Below, in pieces: positions 17,974 through 25,233 of a stretch of DNA of 55,265 nucleotides. This stretch comes from Thermodesulfobacteriota bacterium (GTDB lineage: Bacteria; Desulfobacterota; GWC2-55-46; JADFVP01). The position numbers were made by a program, and so were the translations under genes. How positions within the stretch are numbered: position 1 is the first letter of the stretch; each line of letters begins with the position of its first letter. The DNA lies in contig JBHHUP010000004.1 of the NCBI GenBank assembly GCA_046753845.1, forward strand, positions 1 to 55,265, read 5' to 3'. The notes below the pieces were generated by a model that saw only the letters and a program-made list of their open reading frames with translations, ran no database searches and was not told the origin of the DNA.

Positions 17974-19215
17974 ATGGAGAAGAACGAGCAGGAGGAAGAG
18001 GTATTCTCGGCCGTAATGAAGGGGGCCGATGAGGTAAGGGAAAAGGTGCAGGGGCTGCGCAGAGAACTGCACAGCTGCCCCGAGCTCTCAGGAGAGGAAG
18101 AAAAGACCTCTGCCCTTGTAGCAGGCGTACTTGGGGAGCTGGGTATAGAGATGAGAAGGAACGTGGGCGGCCACGGCATAGTAGCCGTCGTAAGAGGCGG
18201 AGCCGGAGAGGGGCGCACCATCGCGCTTCGGGCGGATATGGACGCCCTGCCCATTCAGGACTCAAAGGAGGTGGATTACGCATCTGACGTGCCGGGCGTC
18301 ATGCATGCCTGCGGCCACGATGTGCATACTTCCGTGCTCCTCGGAACGGCCATGGTACTTGCCTCTATAAAGGACAGGCTGAGAGGAAATGTAAAACTTG
18401 TTTTTCAGCCCTCTGAGGAAAGAAGCATTACAGGGGCCTCCATGATGATAGAGGACGGTGCTTTAAAGGACCCCGAGCCCGGGGCGATAGTGGCGCTGCA
18501 CTGCTTTCCCGAGATGGAGGCAGGGACCATAGCCCATAAGGCGGGCATTATGACGGCCTCGGCCGATAAGTTCAAGGTGGTGGTCTTTGGAAAGAGCGGT
18601 CACGCCTCACGGCCCCATCAGTGCGTTGACGCCATACTCCTGGCCTCTCTTGTGGTAAACGCAATACAGCATATCGTAAGCCGCCGCACCGACCCCCTTC
18701 ATCATGCCGTTATCTCCATCGGGACCATAGAGGGCGGCACGGCCCTTAATGTAATAGCCGACCGTGTGGAGATGGAGGGTACGGTGCGCACCCTCAGCAA
18801 AGACGCGAGGATGAAGATAAGGGCCCTTGTGGAGGATACGATACGCGGTGTTACCGAGGGCATGGGCGGCGGTTATGAGCTTGATTACCAGTTCGGCACC
18901 CCTGCGGTGGTAAATGACACGGCCGTGGACTGGCTTATAAGCAGGTGCGCCACCCATGTCATAGGCGAGGACAACGTTGTAACCATGCCTGACCCCAAGA
19001 TGGGGGCCGAGGATTTTGCCTATTTCACAGAGGAGATTCCCGGGGCGCTTTTCAGGCTTGGCACATCCAATAAGACAAAGGGGCTTACGGCAAAGCTCCA
19101 CAGCCCGGACTTTGACATTGATGAGAAGGCCCTTCTGGTAGGCGTAAAGACACTCTCGTGGTTATCCGTATGTTATCTCATCCGCGGTCTTCCCACTGTA
19201 ATACCATGCCCCTGA
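17974..19215 (+). CDS. M20D-family amidohydrolase (N-acyl-amino-acid amidohydrolase / hippurate hydrolase-like)
   Basis: 413 aa. ELHSCPELSGEE and MHACGHDVH are metal-binding motifs typical of the M20D aminoacylase family. Confidence 0.85.
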   Translation: MEKNEQEEEVFSAVMKGADEVREKVQGLRRELHSCPELSGEEEKTSALVAGVLGELGIEMRRNVGGHGIVAVVRGGAGEGRTIALRADMDALPIQDSKEVDYASDVPGVMHACGHDVHTSVLLGTAMVLASIKDRLRGNVKLVFQPSEERSITGASMMIEDGALKDPEPGAIVALHCFPEMEAGTIAHKAGIMTASADKFKVVVFGKSGHASRPHQCVDAILLASLVVNAIQHIVSRRTDPLHHAVISIGTIEGGTALNVIADRVEMEGTVRTLSKDARMKIRALVEDTIRGVTEGMGGGYELDYQFGTPAVVNDTAVDWLISRCATHVIGEDNVVTMPDPKMGAEDFAYFTEEIPGALFRLGTSNKTKGLTAKLHSPDFDIDEKALLVGVKTLSWLSVCYLIRGLPTVIPCP

Positions 19216-19258
19216 CCCCACAGTATCTGTAAGTGGAATTAATTGGAAATAAAAAAAA

Positions 19259-19287
19259 GGACCCTCTTTTTCAGAGGGCCTTTTTTT
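19259..19287 (+). terminator. Rho-independent terminator, probably bidirectional
   Basis: GGACCCTCT - TTTTC - AGAGGGCC, followed by T7 and preceded by A8. It can therefore terminate both the M20 gene (+) and tRNA-Cys (-). Confidence 0.75.
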
Positions 19288-19344
19288 ATGCTTAATTTCG
19301 AGGGAGGTAATATTTATGTGCAATGAACTTATACTTGCCCCCCT

Positions 19345-19387
19345 GGTTTTCTTTGCGAACTTTCTTTTTTCCAAAAGAAAGTGGAGG
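19345..19387 (+). repeat. Copy C of the dispersed ~43-nt hairpin repeat, abutting the 3' end of tRNA-Cys
   Basis: GGTTTTCTTTGCGAACTTTCTTTTTTCCAAAAGAAAGTGGAGG differs from copy B1 at one loop position. Confidence 0.8.
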
Positions 19388-19390
19388 TAG

Positions 19391-19466
19391 TGGAGGCGGC
19401 GAGCGGATTCGAACCGCTGGATGGCAGTGTTGCAGACTGCTCCCTTAGCCACTTGGGTACGCCGCC
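19391..19466 (-). tRNA. tRNA-Cys (GCA)
   Basis: The reverse complement, GGCGGCGTACCCAAGTGGCTAAGGGAGCAGTCTGCAACACTGCCATCCAGCGGTTCGAATCCGCTCGCCGCCTCCA, folds by hand into a 76-nt cloverleaf. It has a 7-bp acceptor stem, anticodon loop CTGCAAC, T-loop TTCGAAT, discriminator U73, the A13:A22 mismatch typical of tRNA-Cys, and an encoded CCA. Confidence 0.95.
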
Positions 19467-19531
19467 GAAAGATTTGTAATGAAAAAACTCATGAAGGTGT
19501 TCTGCGCTATGACTCCATGAGGAAACTGAGG

Positions 19532-19557
19532 GACCTGTTTTTACAGGTCTTTTTTTT
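19532..19557 (+). terminator. Orphan Rho-independent terminator-like hairpin
   Basis: GACCTGT - TTTT - ACAGGTC followed by T8. There is no + strand gene directly upstream, because the M20 gene has its own terminator at 19259. Confidence 0.55.
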
Positions 19558-19854
19558 GTGTAATCCGGCCGCCCTTAAAGGCGGTCTTCTTTAACCGGGC
19601 GAGGCTCTGTGTCTTTAGCCGCCTCCCGGCCTCTTGTATACAGAGGCAGAAGAGGTCTTTCTCCTAAACTTTCAGCCACTGCCGCCGATGAAGATAACAT
19701 AGACACTATAGTAATCGCGCGGTGTGGTGTCAAGGTAAATCAAGGGCGCGGGCCTGATGGATAGCAGGGATTACGTTGTTTTTAAGCTGTTTTTTATTAA
19801 GCGGGTGAGCAAAAGAGTTTTTTAAGGGATAGTCATAATTAAGGGGGCTCTATA

Positions 19855-20469
19855 ATGAAGAGCGCAAGATTACTGGGGGGCGGTTTTCAGCTTAAATTCT
19901 GGTTGAAGTACTGCGTGCTTACGGCAGCGGGGTTTACGGCCCTTGCATTATGTCTTTATCTTGTCACGGGCCGCGATCTGGGGCGCTCCTACGGTGAGGC
20001 CATTTACGCCATCGAGGCCCTGAGGATAAATATCTTCTCTATCATAGCGGCCTCTGTATATTCCATAGCCATCATGGTTCTTACAGTGGTCTTTATCGCC
20101 CTTGCATCCATATTTTTCTCTCACAAGATGGCCGGGCCTATTTTCAGGCTTACCCGTGACCTTGAGCTTCTCGCCTCAGGGGACCTTACGGTAGAGACCT
20201 CTTTCAGGAAAAGTGACCAGTTTTCTATTATGGCTACGGAAAAGAACTTGATGACAGAGAGGCTGAAGGTGTTTGTTACGGACTCAAGGGAGGTTTTAAC
20301 GGCGGTGCAGGCAAGGTGTGAAGATATCCGCGGTCTTATATTAGAGGCAGAGCAGAAGGGTGGCGGCGGGGCCGGTGTGGATGGGGAGATTGCCGGGGGC
20401 CTGCAGGAGCTGGCCCTCCTTGTAGAGCAGATGCATGCAAAGGCCTCAAGGATGAAGACGGTTATATAA
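19855..20469 (+). CDS. Membrane protein with two TM helices and a HAMP domain, no output domain
   Basis: 204 aa. It has an N-terminal basic motif (FQLKFWLKY) and two hydrophobic helices, then a HAMP-like AGPIFRLTRDLELLASGDLTVE...SDQFSIMATEKNLMTERLK, then a short helical tail. Confidence 0.65.
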   Translation: MKSARLLGGGFQLKFWLKYCVLTAAGFTALALCLYLVTGRDLGRSYGEAIYAIEALRINIFSIIAASVYSIAIMVLTVVFIALASIFFSHKMAGPIFRLTRDLELLASGDLTVETSFRKSDQFSIMATEKNLMTERLKVFVTDSREVLTAVQARCEDIRGLILEAEQKGGGGAGVDGEIAGGLQELALLVEQMHAKASRMKTVI

Positions 20470-20496
20470 ATAACGTAGTCTGCTAAGACCGGGGTA

Positions 20497-21315
20497 GTGG
20501 TGAAAAAGTTACTCTTTGTTCTCTTTATAATGACGGCGGCCACTGTTTTTTCAGGCGGTCTGCCTTCCTGGATGGGCGCATATCATGATTTTACAGGCAG
20601 CTGCCTTGATTGTCATATTACAAGGCCTCTTGCCGGAGACCGGAGGCTGACGCTGCGTAAAGACATAACCCAACTCTGCAATGAATGCCATAAGCAGGAT
20701 GACGGCCTTACTCACCCTGTTGACATAAAACCTACTATGGATGTTCCCGCTTATCTCCCCCTTGACTGGAGAGGCATGGTTACCTGTGTTACCTGCCATG
20801 AGGTGCATGATAGTGGTTTTGGCCCGAATCATCTGAGGACAAACGCCGGAGGACAGATATTCTGCATGTTATGCCACGACGGCCTTGGGAGCAAGAAGAT
20901 GCATGGTCTCTCCGGAGTGAGCGCCCATATGAAGGGCAAGGGCAGGCTTGTCAATGCCTCCTCCTATACTCTTTTTGGTGAGGGAATGGTCCATCTTGAT
21001 GAGATGAGCATAAAGTGCATGAGCTGTCATGACGCCATCGTTGGAGCCTCGGCTACCTCGGAAAACCTTGATATTTTAAGGAGCCGTCACAGTAACATAA
21101 CGGGTCTTACTCATCCCGTGGGGGTCTCTTACGCCGAGGCCAAGCGAAAATACAGGGGCGCTTACAGGGATATTTCCGAGCTGCCTCCGCAGATAAAGTT
21201 CTATGGCGGCATGGTGGGCTGCGGGACCTGTCACAGCCCTTATGCCGGCACACACGCGCAGCTGGTAATGGATAATTACGGGAGTAACCTCTGCCTTGCC
21301 TGTCATGTGAAGTAG
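20497..21315 (+). CDS. Secreted heptahaem c-type cytochrome
   Basis: 272 aa with a signal peptide and 7 CxxCH motifs (CLDCH, CNECH, CVTCH, CMLCH, CMSCH, CGTCH, CLACH). THPV/HPVG distal-His-like motifs are also present. The start is GTG. Confidence 0.9.
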   Translation: MVKKLLFVLFIMTAATVFSGGLPSWMGAYHDFTGSCLDCHITRPLAGDRRLTLRKDITQLCNECHKQDDGLTHPVDIKPTMDVPAYLPLDWRGMVTCVTCHEVHDSGFGPNHLRTNAGGQIFCMLCHDGLGSKKMHGLSGVSAHMKGKGRLVNASSYTLFGEGMVHLDEMSIKCMSCHDAIVGASATSENLDILRSRHSNITGLTHPVGVSYAEAKRKYRGAYRDISELPPQIKFYGGMVGCGTCHSPYAGTHAQLVMDNYGSNLCLACHVK

Positions 21316-21369
21316 GCGGCTCTGTAGTTGAATATCAGGTAATTTCATGTTAGTATATTGAGGTGCGAG

Positions 21370-21981
21370 ATGGGTAAATACCCGTGGCTCCGGAGAAGGA
21401 AGTTTTTTATCAAGAGATCCCTGCAGGGCCGCTTTGTGGCGGGGCTCGTTATACTTGTCACCTGCGGTCTCTTTATCGATCTTGTTGCCGCGTATTTTCT
21501 CATTGAGGGCAGGCTTACAGAGCGGCTTTATAAAATTCACTTGCAGGTCAGCTCCACCTCGGATATAATCGGGCCTGTAATATGGAAGCTCGCTACAGTG
21601 AGCGTTCCATTCATAGTCCTCGCAGGTGTTGCCCTCGGGTATATGCTGACCAGATCTCTTGAGGCAGGGCTGACGCGCCAGATAGAGGCCATGAAGATGG
21701 CCGGGCAGGACGGGGACCTTACGGTGAGGCTTGCCGCTGCCTCGAGTAATAACCTGGAGACAGCGCGGGGGGCCTTTAATGACGCCATGGAGCTCCTTGA
21801 CGAGAGGTGCGCCGCGGTACAGGTCTCGGCCGCTGAGATAGAGGCCGCCATGAAAGAGCTGGGCCCCGCTGAAGATATCCGCGCAAGCGAGTTAAGCAGA
21901 GCGGAAGTTATCAAAAAACTGGATCATATGAGTACTAAAACCGAGTTTGCCCTAAACAAGCTCTCAATATTCAAGGTTTGA
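21370..21981 (+). CDS. Membrane protein with two TM helices and a HAMP domain, no output domain (paralogous architecture to 19855-20469)
   Basis: RRRKFFIKRSLQGRF N-terminal motif, two TM helices, a HAMP-like LTRSLEAGLTRQIEAMKMAGQDGDLTVRL...ARGAFNDAMELL, and a helical tail. ATG 21370, preceded by GAGG, is preferred over TTG 21358. Confidence 0.65.
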   Translation: MGKYPWLRRRKFFIKRSLQGRFVAGLVILVTCGLFIDLVAAYFLIEGRLTERLYKIHLQVSSTSDIIGPVIWKLATVSVPFIVLAGVALGYMLTRSLEAGLTRQIEAMKMAGQDGDLTVRLAAASSNNLETARGAFNDAMELLDERCAAVQVSAAEIEAAMKELGPAEDIRASELSRAEVIKKLDHMSTKTEFALNKLSIFKV

Positions 21982-21987
21982 TACTAT

Positions 21988-23139
21988 ATGAAACAACATC
22001 ATCATAGAAAAAACGTCTCTATCTTTCTTAAGCTCTTTACTGCCCTAATCCTATTCTCAAGTTCTTTGTTTCTGATTCCGGGCCATGCTCATGCAGATTG
22101 GCCCATGTTTATGAAGGACAAGAATCACTCCTCCTTTGCCTCCATGGCTCCAAGGCCTCCTATGAAGGTGCTCTGGAAGTTTGCCACGGGCGGGCCCGTA
22201 TATTCATCGCCTGTTGTCTCGGGCGGCAAGGTCTTTGTGGGGTCTTATGATAAGAAGCTCTACGCACTTAAAGCAGCCACGGGAGCAAGGCTCTGGAGTT
22301 TTGCTACGGGCGGAGCTATACTCTCAACACCGGCCGTTAAGGAAGGCCGTGTGTATTTTGGCTCAAAGGACGGTAAGTTCTATTGTCTTGATGCCTCTTC
22401 AGGAAAGCTTATCTGGAGCTTCACCACAGAGGGCCCTGTGCTTACATCTCCCGTTGTAGAGGACGGCAAGGTCTTTTTCGGCTCATCGGATCTGCGTTTT
22501 TACGCCCTTGACGCTGCCACGGGAAAGCGTCTCTGGCGGATGAGGCTCCTGGATTACCAGAAATACAGCGGTATCTACGCATCTCCTGTTTACTACGATG
22601 GCGCGGTTATCTTCGCCGGTAAAAACGGTGCCCTCTACTCGCAGGACGGCAAGAGCGGAGGCAGAAACTGGGGGTTGGCAAGTCATTCGGCCATATACTC
22701 AAGCCCCGTTATAAAGAACGGCAAGATTTATCTCGCCACCGGTGAGCGTAAGTTATTAGGCATTAACGCCAAGGACGGCAAGATCTTCTTCAGAAAATCT
22801 ATCGGCAGCGCCCTTGCATACGCCTCTCCCGTAGTGGCGGGCGGTAAGATATATCTGGCCTATAAAGACGGACATATAAGGGCCTACGGCCTACGGCGAG
22901 GCCGTGAGCTTGCCGATTATAAGCTCCCGGCCCCTCTTAACTCCACGCCTGTTGTTACCTCCAATGGTTTTATATACGTCGGCAGCGAGGACGGCCGGAT
23001 TTACGCCATTGACATTATACTTGGCGAGGTAAGCTGGAGTTATTTGACGGGCGGCGGCATACACAGCTCGCCGGCTATATCAGGCAAGAAGCTCTTTATC
23101 GCCTCTAAAGACGGTTCTGTATATGCCTTCGGGCGGTAG
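21988..23139 (+). CDS. Secreted PQQ-like (BamB-type) beta-propeller repeat protein
   Basis: 383 aa with a signal peptide (..LIPGHAHA/DWP). The repeated unit is SSPVV.GGKVFVGS.D.KLYAL.A.TG...W, about 8 times. Confidence 0.85.
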   Translation: MKQHHHRKNVSIFLKLFTALILFSSSLFLIPGHAHADWPMFMKDKNHSSFASMAPRPPMKVLWKFATGGPVYSSPVVSGGKVFVGSYDKKLYALKAATGARLWSFATGGAILSTPAVKEGRVYFGSKDGKFYCLDASSGKLIWSFTTEGPVLTSPVVEDGKVFFGSSDLRFYALDAATGKRLWRMRLLDYQKYSGIYASPVYYDGAVIFAGKNGALYSQDGKSGGRNWGLASHSAIYSSPVIKNGKIYLATGERKLLGINAKDGKIFFRKSIGSALAYASPVVAGGKIYLAYKDGHIRAYGLRRGRELADYKLPAPLNSTPVVTSNGFIYVGSEDGRIYAIDIILGEVSWSYLTGGGIHSSPAISGKKLFIASKDGSVYAFGR

Positions 23140-23230
23140 CTTCTAATGGTTATTTAATCTTTATTATGTGAAAAAATATACTGCAGGCGGCTCTCTATTT
23201 ACGGGCCGCTATAAAAGGTCAGGGTGCCTC

Positions 23231-23845
23231 ATGCGAGACGTATTACACTTACGAATTCTTAGAACACTTATTCTGCTTGGTCTTTTTGTCTTGGCCGGTT
23301 CCGGCACTCTTCTGGCGAAGGAGAAAAAGGATAACAAAGTCGCCGAGGCTCCGCCGCTCTCTTACAGCCTGAAGGAGGCCAGGAGCACGATTCTTAACCC
23401 CCATGAACAGATAAATGATGAGGGTGAGATTCTCTGGTCAAGGTGTCTTGTATGCCACAAGGTTATGCCTGATACCGTTAACCTGAAATCACCTGAGAAC
23501 ATGAAGTTTAGATTCGCCGATGATATTAATAAGAATTGTTATGTCTGTCATATCGTAAGAAAACACCCCGCCTCGGAGGGTATCGGCCCGCAGATGAGCG
23601 GTTTTATCGCCCCAAGCCACCTGGCGGAGCCTTCAAGGACAGTATACCTGAATATGAGGCTTATGAAGAAGGACCTACCGGTACTGCTGCCTCTGGACCC
23701 CGCAACGGGAAAGATATTCTGCGGAACATGCCACAATCCCCATGAGAGGGGGCTGCTTTACGGCAGGCCTGACTGGGGCGCTGATCAGGGGGCCCGCCTC
23801 AGAAGCGAGGGGGGGGACATCTGTCAGTATTGTCACAGAAAATAG
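23231..23845 (+). CDS. Secreted tetrahaem c-type cytochrome
   Basis: 4 CxxCH motifs (CLVCH, CYVCH, CGTCH, CQYCH). ATG 23231 gives a normal signal peptide (MRDVLHLRILRTLILLGLFVLAGSGTLLA/KE). The track start, GTG 23168, would add 21 aa in front of it. Confidence 0.85.
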   Translation: MRDVLHLRILRTLILLGLFVLAGSGTLLAKEKKDNKVAEAPPLSYSLKEARSTILNPHEQINDEGEILWSRCLVCHKVMPDTVNLKSPENMKFRFADDINKNCYVCHIVRKHPASEGIGPQMSGFIAPSHLAEPSRTVYLNMRLMKKDLPVLLPLDPATGKIFCGTCHNPHERGLLYGRPDWGADQGARLRSEGGDICQYCHRK

Positions 23846-23866
23846 ACGCGGGCATCTGGTGATATT

Positions 23867-25000
23867 ATGAGAAGATATTCCTTTTTTTACAATGTTTCTG
23901 GTAAAGGGCCGGGCCTTCGCTTTCGGCCGCTTCGCTCTGCAGCGGTTCTCTCACGCCTCACTCTCCTGCTCCTCATACTCTTTGTTGCCGCCTCTGGCTG
24001 CGGCAGCCCTGATATTTCCTCACAGCAGTCAAAAGACTTTAAGCATAAACCCCTTATCTGGCCCGCGCCTCCGGCCCCGGCCCGCATAGCCTTTGATATT
24101 TCACTGGCAAAGCCCGAGGACGTAGGGATTAAGAAAGGCCTTTTTGCAAAAGTTGTAGATGTCCTGATAGGGGCCAACCAGAGGACTATGGTGAAGCCCT
24201 ATGGTATTGCCGTAGATACGGAGGGAAGGGTCATCGTCGCAGATACCGCCTTTAAGAGAGTTCATATATATGACAAAAAGAAAAAAAAGTATCTTTATAT
24301 AGATAGAGCCAGGAAGACGCCGCTGGTCTCGCCCATAGGTGTGGCAACAGACAGCGAGGATAATATATATGTAAGCGATTCTATTGCGCGAAAGGTCTAT
24401 GTCTTTAACCGCAAAGGCTCTCTCCTACGCAGTATAGACGGCGGAACCCGTCCTACGGGTATAGCCGTAGACGCAGCGAGAAAGCGTCTTTATGTAGTCG
24501 ATACGGGCGAGCATAAGGTGCGGGTATTATCCCTTCAGGGTAAACTCATTACGGCCTTCGGCGGCCTCGGCAATAAAAACGGTAAATTTAATTATCCCAT
24601 GGATATCTTTGTTGACGGCAGGGGTGACCTTTATATAACAGACTCGATGAATTACAGGGTGCAGATATTCGATATGAACGGCCGATATCTCACGGGTTTT
24701 GGAGAGCACGGCGACGGCACCGGAGATTTTGGCAGGCCCAAGGGTATAGCCGTTGACTCAGAGGGCAATATATACGTTGCTGACGCTATATTCGATACAG
24801 TGCAGATATTTTCCAGAAAAGGGGCCTTTCTACTTAACTTCGGAAAACTCGGTGCCGGCCCCGGGATGTTCTGGATGCCCGGAGGGGTCTTCATAGACGG
24901 CTCTGATAATATCTTCGTGGCAGACCCGTACAACAGAAGAGTTGAGGTCTTCGAGTATCTTGGCGGCGGAAGCGGTACCTCTTCTGCGCGCGGCGGATGA
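23867..25000 (+). CDS. NHL-repeat six-bladed beta-propeller protein, probable lipoprotein
   Basis: 377 aa with a hydrophobic N-terminus ending in the lipobox-like VAASGC. Six repeats of the NHL pattern are present (P.GIAVD..G.IYV.D..N.RV.VF...G). Confidence 0.85.
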   Translation: MRRYSFFYNVSGKGPGLRFRPLRSAAVLSRLTLLLLILFVAASGCGSPDISSQQSKDFKHKPLIWPAPPAPARIAFDISLAKPEDVGIKKGLFAKVVDVLIGANQRTMVKPYGIAVDTEGRVIVADTAFKRVHIYDKKKKKYLYIDRARKTPLVSPIGVATDSEDNIYVSDSIARKVYVFNRKGSLLRSIDGGTRPTGIAVDAARKRLYVVDTGEHKVRVLSLQGKLITAFGGLGNKNGKFNYPMDIFVDGRGDLYITDSMNYRVQIFDMNGRYLTGFGEHGDGTGDFGRPKGIAVDSEGNIYVADAIFDTVQIFSRKGAFLLNFGKLGAGPGMFWMPGGVFIDGSDNIFVADPYNRRVEVFEYLGGGSGTSSARGG

Positions 25001-25233
25001 GTTCGGGCGGTAGTTTTGAGGCATATATGTATAGCGGTTTCTCGGGGCGTTGTAACAGGACCGCAAGGTTTTACGGGCAGGGATAGAGGGGTAGTATGGA
25101 GAGGCCTTCAGGGGCCGGGGAGTTAAGGAGTTAAGCGGGGCTTTGCTAAGAACACAGAGGTATCGCGTGGCAGAGGGTCTGCTCTGCTGTGATTATAAAG
25201 TGCGGGCGGTTTGTAATTTGTCTGGAGGTTTTT

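Noticed and set aside
15758-18283. Several 100-270-aa - strand ORFs (15758-16438, 16138-16665, 17248-18072, 17909-18283)
   Set aside because: All are antisense to ybdK, ggt or the M20 amidohydrolase. They are Arg/Pro/Gly-rich translations of GC-rich antisense frames and show no motifs.
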